From the NCBI RefSeq assembly GCF_006345805.1, contig NC_042997.1:199020001-199084000 (forward strand): a stretch of 64,000 bases of DNA. Reading direction: 5' to 3'. Shown here in pieces: positions 1-12,934 of this stretch (the stretch's first letter is position 1; each line of letters starts with the position of its first letter). This stretch comes from Octopus sinensis (lineage: Eukaryota). Made by a program: the position numbers and the translations under genes. A model generated the notes under the pieces. The model searched no databases. It was not told the origin of the DNA and was given only the letters and a program-made list of their open reading frames with translations.

Positions 1-164
1 GTGTATAGATTTGGTAAATGCTAGCTCTGGAATCTCACAAAAGGAAGATTCCAGATTTGCACTAAACGTGACATCGACTTAAAAGATTGTAAACACTAAT
101 ACTGTAATAACTATCTTTGATTTTCTTAGTCTTTACTTTTACTGATATAAGCTAGTATTCTTTT

Positions 165-525
165 CTACTCTAGGCACAAGACCCGAAATTTGGGGGGAGG
201 GGGCCAGTTGATTAGATCAACCTCAGTACACAACTGGTACTTAATTTATCAACCCTGAAATAACAAAAGGTGGAATTTGAAATCAGAATGTAAAGACAGA
301 TGAAATACCTATTTCTTTACTACCCACAAGAGGTGAAACACACAGAGAACAAACAAGGACAGACAAATGGATTGTCGATTATATCGACCCCAGTGCGTAA
401 CTGGTACTTATTTAATCGACCCCAAAAGGATGAAAGGCAAAGTTGATCTCGGTAGAATTTGAACTCAGAACATAGCAGCAGACGAAATACTGCTAAGCAT
501 TTCGCCCAGCTCACTGCCTTGATAT
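165..525 (-). mobile_element. SINE S2 dimer
   Basis: Matches S2. Confidence 0.85.
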
Positions 526-894
526 AAGCTAGTATTGCTGATATGGAAGCTTGACCAAACATAAACCTTAATTTTGACTAAATTATTGAATTCAATTCTA
601 CTTCCCTTAATCTATTCTTTCATAGAATAATCTATACATAATTCATAGCTATTTTAAAGTATCGTATTTTATTTTCTTCTTTATAGAAAATAGCAAATTT
701 CTGATTTCTGTAATTCTACATTGCCTTTTAATTCAGAACTGAATATGAACTGAACTCCAAACTAAATGTTGTTAAATTTAATGTTACCATTATGTTCATC
801 AAGCACAGTTCATACTTTCATTGTACCTCGTCCCACAAATCTCTAGTCAACAGCATTATATTAGCACTCTTTAAACATAGAATCTTCGTCAACT

Positions 895-1290
895 CATCAT
901 CATCATCGTTTAATGTCTGTTTTCCATGCTAGCATGGATTGGACGGTTGAACTGGGGTCTGGGAAGCCAGGAGGCTGCAACAGGCTCCAGTCCAATCTGG
1001 CAGTGTTTCTACAGCTGGATGCCCTTCCTAATGCCAGCCACTCCATGAGTGTAGTAGGTGCTTTTTATGTGTCACCGGCACAGGTGCCAGGCAAAGCTGC
1101 CAACGGCCACAATCGGTTGGTGCTTTTTACGTGCCACCGGCACAGAAGCCAGTCAAGACAGCACTGGCATTGGCCACATTCGGATGGTGCTTTTTACATG
1201 CCACTGGCACAGGTATCACAATTACAATTTCCATTTGATTTTTTGATGTTGATATACTTGACTCAATAGGTCTCCTCAAGCACAACTGAT
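895..1290 (-). mobile_element. S3
   Basis: Matches S3. Confidence 0.85.
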
Positions 1291-1826
1291 CTAGAAAAAT
1301 GAATACAAATAAATATTACTGCATTACTAGATCAAACCTACTTTCTAATAAATCAAAACACTTATTGCTAATAAATCACAACAAATTTGAGATTGCTTCA
1401 TACAGGTGAAGACAATCAGTCCCATCTCTACTTTAGATACTTTTGATCATAAACGAATGCACAAAATTGCAGACCAGATACAAGTATCACCTGGCAAACA
1501 GCATCTGAAAAGTTAATCACTGCATACCAGTACCTGGAGTGTGTTTCCATATTAAATGAAAGCATAGCATATTTCTAACTTCTGGATGTATTAGCTACTT
1601 GGAAACCCTCGGTAAATTACCTTATTTCCATAGATCAATTCCAGGTGAGATAACTAGGACAATGAGACTATAAACTATTCTCCATACATTGTTTAAAGCA
1701 ATTCAAAATTTAAAAGAATAATAAGTCTTAGCTCTATACCCAGCCATCAAGGCTGCATCAAAACACGTCTATGCTTGGAATCTATCGAGAAATAATGTAA
1801 AAAGTAAAGAAACAGTAAAATAAAAT

Positions 1827-2231
1827 GTGCAGGAGTGGCTGTGTGGTAAGTAGCTTGCTTACCAACTACATGGTTCTGGGTTCAGTCCCACTGAGTGGCA
1901 CCTTGGGCAAGTGTCTTCTGCTATAGCCTCGGGCTGACCAAAGCCTTGTGAGTGGATTTGGTAGACGGAAACTTGAAGAAGCCCGTCGTATATATGTATA
2001 TATATATATGTGTGTATGTGTGTGTATATGTTTGTGTGTCTGCGTTTGTCCCCCCAACATTGCTTGACAACTGATGGTGGTGTGTTTACGCTCCCGTAAC
2101 TTAGCGGTTCGGCAAAAGAAACCGATAGAATAAGTACTTGGCTTACAAAGAATAATACCTGGGGTCGATTTGCTCAACTAAAGGCAGTACTCCAGCATGG
2201 CCACAGTCACATGACTGAAACAAGTAAAAGA
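1827..2231 (+). mobile_element. SINE family S1
   Basis: tRNA-like head (ggagtggctgtgtggtaag...gggttcagtccc), CORE-like ccttgggcaagtgtctt, central (TA/TG)n, tail ending aacaagtaaaagag; more than 20 copies in the window. Confidence 0.9.
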
Positions 2232-3204
2232 GTTCTGTGTAAAGCATGTAATATGCTCACTCTGCAAAGTGAAGAATCTATTGATTTGACTATTTATATC
2301 CAGTGCCTAGATTTGCTTGTACCAACATACGCATACACACACACACACCTGGTTGACTAAGCCATAGCATTTCCCTTTCAGCCATAGTATATAAAGTGAT
2401 CTGGATGACATGGCCATAGGAATCTGGTATTAATACATTTGTATTTAGGATAATAAAGATATCGATTCTTTCAAATGCACAACACTAATTTTTGAAAGAG
2501 GGTTACAGTAGGTGGCATGTTATTTAAGATCAAGTATAATTTTCCTATCTCGTGAAGATAGGTGTATGAATTCTTTCAAAATAAGGAGACTACTGCTCAG
2601 GTTTACAACATTCTTATCAGAGGTTTTTTTGCCAGTGGTCAGAAATCTTCAATGCTAATGCTCCGCTAACCATAAAAGCTAATGGATAGATGGACTACGA
2701 TAGCTTCAATGGAAATTTACGGCATTACTGCAAGTTAAAGAGCACCTTGTCATTTAAAGTAGTTGGTATTATACTTAACAAACCATTTTCTCCTTGTGTT
2801 TAATTTTAGTTAGATATATTCCAACTGGAATATTTTGGAGTGTACGCCAAGAACAGTCTACTATGACAATTGGAAAATACAAACTCTTAACTGTTTGATA
2901 TAAAAGCTGACATTTACAACCTTAGCCATTCTTCCAGCTTACAGGTATTGGTCAACTGATGGCTATTGATTTTATTGAGAATGATGAAGAGCAGAGTTGA
3001 GATTTGAACAAAAAAAAATGGGACCACGAACATAAGATATCTTAAAGCATCTTTTGTTATATTCCTGCTTTTATCTTCTTTCTTTCACTTGTTTTAGTCA
3101 TTAGAATGTGACCATGCTGGGGCAGTGCCTTAAAGAATCTTTAGTCGAATGTATCAAACCCAGTACTTATTTAATTCTTTAAGTGTAGTACTTATTCTGT
3201 TGTG

Positions 3205-3520
3205 AAGGCACAATGGCCTTGTGGTTAGGGCAGCAGACTCATGGTCGGAGGATTGCGGTTTCAATACCCAGACCGGGTGTTGTGTGTGTTTATTGAACGA
3301 AAACACCTAAAGCTCCATGAGGCTCTGGCAGGGGGTGGTAGTGACCCCTGTTGTACTCTTTCGCCCCAACTTTCTCTCACTCTTTCTTCCTGTTTCTTGA
3401 GTAATGCTGCGATGGACTTGTGTCCCGTCCAGCTGGGGGGAACACATATGCCATATAAACTGGGAAACCGGGCCCATGAGCCTGGCTAGGCTTGAAAAGG
3501 GTGCATGAATAAAAAAAAAT
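3205..3520 (+). mobile_element. SINE S4
   Basis: Matches S4. Confidence 0.85.
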
Positions 3521-3649
3521 AACTTACTCTGTTGGTCTCTTTCACTAAACTACTAGGTCGCAGGGATGTAAACACACCGATATTGGTTGTCAAGTGGTGG
3601 TGTGGGGGACAAACAGACACAAGGACATAGGGAAACAGATATACATGTA

Positions 3650-4009
3650 GGCACAGAAGAGGCTGTGTGGTAAGAAGCTTGCTTCCAAACCACATGGTTC
3701 TGTGTGGTACCTTGGGCAAGTGCCTTCTGTAGCCTCGGGCCAAAGCCTTGTGAGTGGATTTGGTAGACAGAAACTGAAAGAAGCCCATCATATTTGTGTG
3801 TATTTATGTGTCCGTATTTGTTTTCCCACCATTGCATGACATCGATGTTGGTGTGTTTACATCCCTGTAGCTTAGCGGTTTGGTAAAAGAGACCAATAGA
3901 CTAAGTACTAGGCTTACAAAGAATAAGTCCTGAGGTTGATTTGTTCCACTAAGGATGGTGCTCCAGTATGGCCACTGTTAAATGACTGAAACAAGTAAAA
4001 GAATAAAAG
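3650..4009 (+). mobile_element. SINE S1
   Basis: Matches S1. Confidence 0.85.
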
Positions 4010-4254
4010 AATATATATTTATATATATGTGTATATATATACATACATACATACAATGGGCTTCCTTCAGTTTTCATCAACTAAATCCATTCATAGGCTT
4101 TGGTTGTCCTGACACTACAGTCAAAGACTCTTGTCTAAGGTACCCTGAAGTGGGACTGAAACTAGGATCATATAGTTGGGAAGCAAACTTCACACCTTAC
4201 AGCCACATCTGCACGTATCTACAAAAAAAAACAAGCTTTTCTACATTTACATTA

Positions 4255-4395
4255 TTAACATTTGACAGATATTTGTCCTCATCTTGTTTGTTGTTAACAC
4301 AACGTTTCGGCTAATATATTCTCCAGCCTTCATCAGGTGTCTTGGGGAAATTTCAAACGTGGGTTCTCATTCCTAAGGTATTTTTCGATGTTGTT
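4255..4395 (-). mobile_element. Short hammerhead-bearing element or SINE tail (family D)
   Basis: Non-microsatellite block containing the hammerhead, abutting a (GTT)/(ATT)n array; ends approximate. Confidence 0.55.
4296..4341 (-). ncRNA. Minimal type I hammerhead ribozyme motif with intact core (family D)
   Basis: Minus strand reads GACAC-CTGATGA-A-GGCT(ggagaatatatt)AGCC-GAAA-CG-T-T-GTGTT: stem I GACAC/GTGTT, CUGAUGA core, stem II GGCU/AGCC, GAAA, palindromic ACGU helix III, GUU cleavage triplet. Confidence 0.8.
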
Positions 4396-4480
4396 GTTGT
4401 TGTTATTATTATTATCATCATTATTAATACTACTACTACTACTAATATAGAAAGGATTGAGGTAACTCCTCCTGAAGATA

Positions 4481-4662
4481 TAGAGTCAAAATTAAAAGAG
4501 TGCCATTGTTATCTAATGAGCGATATTTTGACATCTTGTGTGTCTTCAACTGGTTCAAAAAATATTGACAAAATTATTTTTTGAACCAGTTGAAAGACAT
4601 ACAAGATGTTGAAATATTGTTCACTAGATAACAATAGCACTCTTCTTTTAATTTTGACTCTA
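4481..4662. repeat. Imperfect foldback with arms of about 88 bp
   Basis: tagagtcaaaattaaaagagtgcc...tggttcaaaaaatatt is mirrored by ...ttttttgaaccagttga...aattttgactcta; flanked by trinucleotide arrays. Confidence 0.85.
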
Positions 4663-4676
4663 TTATTATTATTATC

Positions 4677-4708
<32 letters not shown>

Positions 4709-4889
4709 TATCATTATTATTATTATTATTATTAAAGGGCATCCAGCTGTAGAAACATTGCCAGATAAGACTGGAGCCTGGTGCAGCCTTCTGGCTTCCC
4801 AGATCCCCGGTCGAACTGTCCAACCCATGCTAGCATGGAGAACGGATGTTAAACGATGATGATGATGATGATGATTATTATTATTATTA

Positions 4890-4922
<33 letters not shown>

Positions 4923-4928
<6 letters not shown>

Positions 4929-4990
4929 TCACTGCCTGGAATCGAACTCAGAATGTTGGGGTTAGTAGCCCATGCTCTTACCCACTACAC
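4923..4990 (-). mobile_element. tRNA-derived SINE head followed by (AAT)n
   Basis: Minus strand gtgtagtgggtaagagc...ATGGG-ctactaa-CCCCA...gagttcgattcc: A box, anticodon-like arm and B box. No complete acceptor stem, so not a tRNA gene. Confidence 0.65.
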
Positions 4991-5528
4991 AATGATTTCT
5001 TAAATTAGACTTAAGAATTCAGTATTCTGAAAGAGGTGTAAAACGGGGGATTGTAATATTTGTGCATTTTTCAAGGGACATTAGCGGTTAGTGAAGTATT
5101 TGTAACCAACAATCAAAACCAAGCAACAAACGCCTTCATTAAGAACTTTGCTCTGGTGCTAGAACCCAACATCATGATAGTAATTATGGTTCCTTTCCTT
5201 GGCACCGGGTAATTTAATAAAGAATGGCTGTATAGTTGAGTGAACAGATTCTCGAGCTATTTAGGATAATTTATTTTTAACTTACAAAGATAAGATGTAA
5301 TGCAAATGCCATCCAGATTAGAAGCATATTTAGTCACTTTCAAACAAAAGACTGAAGAATGACTTTGCATAATCCTCAAAGTTCTTAAGAATATTAATGG
5401 AATGAATTAAGAAAATTGGTTTTAACTGGAAATGAATCAAAACCAGGTCACAGACCTTCTTCATTAAGATTTCAGTGTTAATAATAAGAAGAATGAGAAA
5501 GAACTGCTGCAATTTTCTTAATCTGCAT

Positions 5529-5924
5529 AGGCGTAGGAGTGGCTGTGTAGTAAGTAGCTTGCTTACCAACCACATGGTTGCGGGTTCAGTCCCACCCTGT
5601 GGTACCTTGAGCAAATGTCTTCTACTATAGCCTCAGGCTGACCAAAGCCTTGTGAGTGGATTTGGTAGACAGAAACTGAAAGAAGCCTATCATATATGTG
5701 TGTGTGTATATATATGTGTGTGTCTGTGTTTGTCCCTCCCCAGCATTGCTTGACAACCGATGCTGGTGTGTTTACACCCCCGTAACTTAGTAGTTCAGCA
5801 AAAGAGACCGATAGAATAAGTACTAGGCTTACAAAGAATAAGTCCTGGGGTCGATTTGCTCGACTAAAGGCGGTGCTCCAGCATGGCCGCAGTCAAATGA
5901 CTGAAACAAGTAAAAGAGTAAAAG
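5529..5924 (+). mobile_element. SINE S1
   Basis: Matches S1. Confidence 0.9.
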
Positions 5925-5949
5925 AGAATTTAGATTTAGTTCATCAGTC

Positions 5950-6335
5950 GGTGTGGCTGAGTGGTAAAAAATCAGCTTTCCATGGTCCAGGGTTCAGTCC
6001 CACTGCATGGCACTTTGGGCAAGTGTCTTCTACTATAGTCTCAGGCCAACCAAAACCTTGTGAGTGGATTTGGTAGATGGAAACTGAAAGAAACCTTTTG
6101 GGTATATATAAGTATGTGTGATTCTTTGTGCCTGTGTTTGTCCCCCACCACTGCTTGGCAACCAGTGTTAGTTTATTTACATCCCTGTAACTTAGCAGTT
6201 CAGCAAAAGAGAAAATAGAATAAGGACCAGGCTTCAAAGTAAGTCCTGGGTAAATTCACTTACCTAAGATTCTTCGAGGTGGTGCCCCAGAATGGTGACA
6301 ATCTAATAAAAAGTGAAACAAGTAAAAGAAAAGAA
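5950..6335 (+). mobile_element. SINE S1 variant
   Basis: Matches S1, diverged tail. Confidence 0.85.
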
Positions 6336-6656
6336 AAGCATAAACCAAGACATTTTTAAAAGGATTAAAACTTACCCATTTTCCTATTTTGCCTTAGCAC
6401 AATTCACCATCAAAATCGTCATCATTTAATATCTGCCTTCCATGCTGACATGGGTTGGATGGTGTGACAGGAGCTGGTTTTGATATGGTAGGATGGTTTA
6501 ACAGATTCACTTTCCTTTAATTTGAAGATTTGAAATTCAATAAGAGCAGAAATTTATAAAATGATTTATTTTCTTCACTCCCACTTGCTTAGGTAAAATT
6601 AAATTTTGTGACAGTTTCTTCAGGTTAAGAAATTAATATTCATTTTCCTTCAACAG

Positions 6657-6665
6657 ATTACTCAG
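6657..6665 (+). CDS. Candidate 9-nt micro-exon
   Basis: cattttccttcaacag|ATTACTCAG|gtaatt. Confidence 0.25.
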
Positions 6666-7169
6666 GTAATTTAATAAACAGGTAGTTGCTAATATGAACA
6701 AAACTCAATTCTAAAAACAATATTCAGACCAAGTTTTCTTTTATTGGCTGCTATTTCAAATGGCAATGACAAATATTATATATTATATGAGAGCAAAATT
6801 CAATTTCGTATGTTAGGCCTAATATTCTATCTGCCCTTTGGACATAATTTTGTACTTTGAAGTTTACCCTGTTTTTAATTAGTTTGAAACTTTTTTGTGA
6901 TGTTACGTCAGCTGATTCAGACATTTCAACTGAGATTTTGTTAGCTTAAACTACCTGCAGCCTTTGTGTGGTTTCATCGGCCTGCAAGAAACAGTAACCG
7001 AATTTCACTCAAATTACACTCTACAGCAGAGGTTCTCAATGTGAACAGTACTGCTACTAAGGGGACAATCACTGGACATGTCAAGTGGAGTGTTAGGCTT
7101 TAGTGGGCAGTGAGGTAACATAATTAATAAACTAAATTTTACTTATAGTAGTAATTATATTCATCATCA

Positions 7170-7525
7170 TCATCATAATCATCATCGTTTAATGTCCATT
7201 TCCATGCTAGCATGGGTTGGATGGTTCAACCTGGGTTTGGGAAGCCAGGAGGCTGCACCAGGCTCCAGTCTGATCTGGCAGTGTTTCTACATCTGGATGC
7301 CCTTCCTAACGCCAACCACTCTGTGAGTGTAGTAGGTGCTTTTTACGTGCCACCGGCACAGGTGCCAGGGGAGGCTGGCAATGGCCATGATCGGTTGGTG
7401 CTTTTTATGTGCCACCGGCATGGAGGCCAGTTGAGGCGGCACTGGCAACAGTCACATTCAGATGGATCTTTTTACGAGCCACCGGCACTGGTATCACAAC
7501 TACAATTTCCATTGATTTTTTGATC
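7170..7525 (-). mobile_element. S3
   Basis: Matches S3. Confidence 0.85.
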
Positions 7526-8639
7526 GATTTTGATTTTATTCAATATGATCATATTCTATATGATAAAGCTAATATAGTCATTAAAATAAAATGAGATTTT
7601 ATCAGAAACAGGGAAGTCACAGAGAAGACCCATCAAACCAAGTGAAATTGTAGTCATGGTTGGTACAAAAAGATGGGTAGCAGATGTCATTGGTTGCATC
7701 CCCAGTTTCAAACAGTGACATCACCACTTGTAGCTGAGCTACAAACAGGGATGTCATCATTTGTCACCAAAGTTCAATGGAAACTGTAAACATTCACACA
7801 GACAGATTATATGTCCACCTTCCCCATATGTAAGATGGGATTACTTCAGTTTTCCTCTCTTGAATTCCCTCACAAGATATTGGCCAACCTGGAAGTAAAG
7901 TAGAAGACGCTTTCATACAGTGTCAAGAAGTGGAATTGAACCTGAAGCTACTTATTTGAGAAGCAAACTTTTATTTTCTAAATACGTGAATATTTCTTTA
8001 ACCCAATTATCTGGAAATCATCATCATTTAGTGACCATTTTCCATGCTGGCATGGTTGGACAGTTTGACTGGAACTAGTAAGTCAGAGAGCTGTAACAAG
8101 CTCCGGTGTAAATGTTGGCTTGGTTTCTACAGCTGGATGTCCTTCCAAATGCTAACCACTCCAAGAGTGTAGTGGGTGCTTTTTACATGTCATCATCACT
8201 GATGTCTCTTATGTGTCACCATCATGGGTTTCTTTCACGTGTCACTAGCACTGTCCACAACTGTGTTTTCACTTGGCCTGACAAGTCTCCTCAAGGACAG
8301 CAAACCGCCAAAGGTCTCAACAATTTTTGTCACCATCTCCTTGTAACCCAAATCCAAAGATCATTCTTCACCACCTCATCCCATATCTTCCTGGGTCTAC
8401 CTCCACAGGGATTGGCACTTCTTCACGCAGCTGCCTTCGCCCAAAATATGTGAATGACTATTCTTCTGAAAAGGTCTAATAAGATTGGAATATGTCTGGA
8501 GTTGTCACCATGTCTGCTTAAGATCAGATTATCCTCCTTCTCATCACATTTAATATATACAAGCTTTAATTAATTGGAACTCTGGTACATAATTTCAATT
8601 TTCTTTCATTTTAAATTGACAATATTTCATTCTCCTTGG

Positions 8640-8850
8640 CAAACTGGCAGAATCGTTAGCACACCGGGCGAAATGCTTAGCAGTGTTTCCTCTGCCGTTA
8701 CGTTCTGAGTTCAAATTCTGCCGAGGTCGACTTTGCCTTTCATACTTTCATGGTTGATAAATTAAGTACCAGTTACACACTGGGGTCGATGTAATCGACT
8801 TAATCCTTTGTTTGTCCTTGTTTGTCCCCTCTATGTGGGCAATAAAGTAA
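8640..8850 (+). mobile_element. SINE S2
   Basis: Matches S2. Confidence 0.85.
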
Positions 8851-9686
8851 TAAATATTTCATTCCCGTTAATACAGATAAAGTCGTGACTAATTTAAGTT
8901 ATCATGGTCTATTAATTAAAGTTATTATGTCAGCACTTACTCACCATTAACTGTTTTTTTAGAACATTATGTGAATTAATTTAGACCCCTTTCATTTATA
9001 ATCCTATAATTCTAACGATCAAACAATGCTATACGATGCTTAAATCATATTTGCGAAAATAATTGATTATAATATAAAGTCACTCTAAGTATTATAAACA
9101 TTTTGATCATCACATTTTCAATACTTTTATCTACTTATATCATATTCTGATCAGCTCACAGTATGAACAAACGTTGGCATTTACTCAAAGCATTCACTAA
9201 GCTAATGCAGTCCTCACAATATCAAACATATTGTGCAGCTAATCTAAATTTGTTTTTTTTTGTTTTCATAGCCAAATCATTCTGATATATTTGTTGTTTT
9301 TTTTTTTTCTGCTATATTATCAACTAAAACCTCAGATATTGATTTTATTAAAATATCAATGGATATAAATCTTTTTATTCTGGTTCGTTCAAAGGTTGAA
9401 TAGATTAAATAAAAGTATTAAGTTAAGAGGAGTAATATATCGCAACGTTTTCTAAACTAAATACTTCCTGGTATATAATTATCAGTGACATGGTGAAACA
9501 AAATATTATCAGCTCAGCATCGAGATTTCAAATTTTAGAACAAAAAGTGACAGTTTATAGATGCAAAGGGAGATGAAAGCAATGAACTCTTATCGTAGAG
9601 TCAAGGATATGGTGTTGCATTTCAAATATGATTTATTTCTATCATGTGTAGATTTCTATATATCAAAATACTATTACTACTAGGTG

Positions 9687-9990
9687 TGGAGGCATATGGC
9701 CTAGTGGTTAGAGCAGTGGACTCGTGGTTGAGGGATCGCGGGTTCGAATCTCAGACCGAGCAATGTGTGTGTTCATGAGCGAAACCCCTAAGCTCCACGC
9801 GGCTCTGGCAGAAGGTAATGGCAAACTTCTGCTGACTCTTTCGCCACAACTTTCTCTCACTCTTTCCTCCTGCATCTTGCAGCTCATCTGTGATGGGCCA
9901 ACGTCCTGTCCAGGTGGGGAACCTATACGCCAAGGAAACCGGCAAACAGGTCCTTCTGAGCCAGGCATGGCTCGAGAAGGAACAAACAAC
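9687..9990 (+). mobile_element. SINE S4
   Basis: 14-bp TSD attactactaggtg at 9673-9686 and 9991-10004. Confidence 0.92.
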
Positions 9991-10004
9991 ATTACTACTA
10001 GGTG

Positions 10005-10392
10005 GTGGCAAGATGGCAGAAACGTTAGCACGTTGGGAAAAATCTGTCTTTATGCTCTGAGTTCAAATTCCACTGAGGTCGACTTTGCCTTTCATCCTTT
10101 TGGAGGTCGATAAATTAAGTACCAGTTATGCACTGGGGTCAGTGTAATCCTTGTTTGCCCACTCTATTTTAGTCCCTTGTGGGCAATAAAGAACTAAGAA
10201 ACATTAGCACGCTGGACAAAATGCTTAGTGGTATCTCATCTGTCTTTATGCTCTGAGTTCAAATTCCACTGAGGTCGACTTTGCCTTTCGTCCTTTTGGG
10301 GTCGATAAATTAAGTACCAGTTACATCCTGGGGTCAATCAAATCAACTGCACCCCCCACCAAAATTTTGGGCCTTGTGTCTAGAGTAGAAAG
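10005..10392 (+). mobile_element. SINE S2 dimer
   Basis: Matches S2. Confidence 0.85.
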
Positions 10393-10412
10393 GAATATAC
10401 TACTAGAGTGTT

Positions 10413-10742
10413 TGTGAAGGTGCATGGCTTAGTGGTTAGGGTTTTCAACTCATGATTGTAAGGTCATGAGTTCAATTCCTGGTGGTGCAGAGAGTCCTTG
10501 AGTAAGACACTTTATTTCACATTGCTCAGGTCCACTCAGCTAGCAGAAATGAGTTGTATTTGCAATTTAAATGGCCAGCCTTATCACATTCTCTGTCATG
10601 CTGAATCTCCCTGAGAACTACATAAAGGGTATGCAAATCTGTGGAGTACTCAGCCACTTATATGTTAATCTCATGAGTAGGCTGCTCCATTGTTCAGATC
10701 AACTGGATCCCTCATCGTTGTAATTAAGGGAATGCCAGATAA
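10413..10742 (+). mobile_element. tRNA-derived SINE family S5
   Basis: Head tggcttagtggttagg...gagttcaattcc, CORE/Meta-like gtccttgagtaagacactttatttcac; 12-bp TSD tactagagtgtt at 10401-10412 and 10743-10754. Confidence 0.9.
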
Positions 10743-10929
10743 TACTAGAGTGTTACACATTGCATGAAGGGTAACTGTGGAACTTTTGCTGCCATGGCTA
10801 TCTGGAAATATAAGACAAGCATGTAATAATTATGGTTTAACTTTTAACTTTCTTGGAGCTTATATAAAATAATGGAATGAATATTCATTTTCCAAAAGAA
10901 AAACATTTATTACTCAGTCCTATTTCTCC

Positions 10930-11280
10930 TCATCATCATCATTGTTTAACGTCCGTTTTCCATGCTAGCATGGGTCGGATGGTTTGACCGGAGTCTCAGA
11001 AGCCAGGAGGCTGCACTAGGCTCTAGTCTGATCAGGCACTGTTTCTACAGCTGGATGCCCTTCCTAACACCAACCACTCCATGAGTGTAGTGGGTGCTCT
11101 TTACGTGCCACCGGCACAGGTGCCAGGGTAGGGGGAGCTGGCAGCGGCCACTATCGGTTGGTGCTTTTTACGTGCCACCAGCACAGAAGCCAGTCAAGGC
11201 GGCGCTGGCATTGGCCACATTCGGATGGTGCTTTTTATGTGCCACTGGCATGGGTATCACAACTACAATTTCCATTTGAT
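10930..11280 (-). mobile_element. S3
   Basis: Matches S3. Confidence 0.85.
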
Positions 11281-12043
11281 ATTTATACAATTTTTTCTCC
11301 TTTACCATATGTCTGTGTGTGTGTGTGTGTGTATGGTTCTTTGCTCATTACCTGTCACCAAACCAAATATGCACACTCATTCTGCATCTCTTGTGTCCCT
11401 ATATTTCTCTTTTTGTCTCTCTCATCTTCTATCTCACCATCAACCAACCAACATTTACATCAGCTACTATTAAACACAGATACCTCCATTATACTGACAT
11501 AAGTGATATAATATTTAATCCCTTTTGTGGTCATTTTTCTAATGAAATACACCATCTTCAGATTTTAATTAACATTGAAAATTAAATTGAAAAAATTAAA
11601 AATTGAAAATTTAATTGATATTGAAAATAGTCAAGAATTTAAGGAGATTTAGTAAAATAACTTATAGCATTATTTTCCTCTGGTATCTAGAACATAACAA
11701 AAGACTCTCAGATACAACCATGATGGGAGAATTTAATATAAATGCAAACACTTTAAAATGAGATGTTTTGTTTTGTAGAACCAGATGTAGTTTTCAATGG
11801 GTTGATAAAAATAGGGTTTGCATGTCATAAGAAAGGTCTATATTTTCAAAACTTTCTGAATTTTTTCTACTCTAAATGTCCCTGCTGTTAACCCCAATTT
11901 CCACAAAAGCACTTCAGCTATCATTTAAAATAAAGCCATTTATGAAAGCTCATGAGAGTAATAGAAGGATTATTTCATATCTATATATCACTGTTCTGTT
12001 TCCCTTACCAGTGAAGGGTTCACCATATTTGTAGTTGTCGCAG

Positions 12044-12070
12044 ATGATAATAAGAATTGTAAAACAAAAG
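12044..12070 (+). CDS. Candidate 27-nt micro-exon (D)DNKNCKTK; alternative acceptor at 12012
   Basis: gtcgcag|...AAG|gtaagt; the upstream acceptor ttctgtttcccttaccag gives EGFTIFVVVADDNKNCKTK. Confidence 0.35.
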
Positions 12071-12934
12071 GTAAGTTATCAGAAAGGTGAAGTTGTGACA
12101 TGTATTTAATGCTTAGTTGACTTTTAATGTTTTTGAGAAAGAAATGAGTACCAAAGACTTACTTAGAAAAGAACTTTCTACCTTATCAAAAGAAACCAAT
12201 ATATCATTTAGCATGTTGTTATCAGTTGCTGATAAAATTACTTTTATTTTTTTCAACAATTTTTTTAATTTTATTCAAGTTTGCATCCCACAACCAACGA
12301 GATATTGAATTCTTCAGCTTAGAAGTTTCTGTTTATAGCCAGAGAATCTTTAAATAGATAGTTTTTTGTGTTAATGGATAACCAGAAATATAATTATAAT
12401 GTTAACCACATTTCCTGAAACCTGCATGGAGTTTTCTCTGTATGATAGTTTCTCCTATCAACACTGGTTATTCAGTTTACCTCAAGGTACAAGAGAAATT
12501 GGCATTTAATGCTATTTTCAATTAGACTCTATCCATTCAGTAATAGGACAAATTTCAGAGATATGCATTCCTTTTCCAATAATTCTTCATTCCTCTACAG
12601 GTTTTGACACACGAGAAATTAGATTTTCTTTGAACAGTCCTTTGTGGATTCTACACGTTGCTCTTTCAGAAATTTGTTTATCTTTATACTGACAAAAGTT
12701 AGGATTAAAGTAACCACTCAAATTATTTCCAAATTGGACCCTGAAACCAGTGCATCTTTGTAATATCAACTGTAGATTCCTAAAATTGTGTAGGTTTGAA
12801 AATTTGAATTTCTGTATTGTTTATAGGTTTAGGATTGGTGTAGAGCTAAAAAAAAAAAAAAAATTATCTGATATCATTTCTTTCCTGTTGACACTCAGAA
12901 AAGCACTAACTCATTGTTTTAAAAATCTTATTAC

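Noticed and set aside
2568-2669. PPR-like peptide VYNILIRGFFASGQ
   Set aside because: Single motif bounded by stop codons, with no convincing donor site and no further repeats.
4923-4990. tRNA gene
   Set aside because: No complete acceptor stem and it runs directly into (AAT)n; treated as a SINE head. The same applies to the S1, S4 and S5 heads.
12012-12070. Resemblance of EGFTIFVV to ataxin-3 EGYSIFVV
   Set aside because: Too short, the following residues do not match, and no other Josephin exons were found.
12601-12692. Exon after a strong acceptor at 12600
   Set aside because: All frames hit stops within about 30 codons, with no good donor; possible only as a terminal exon.
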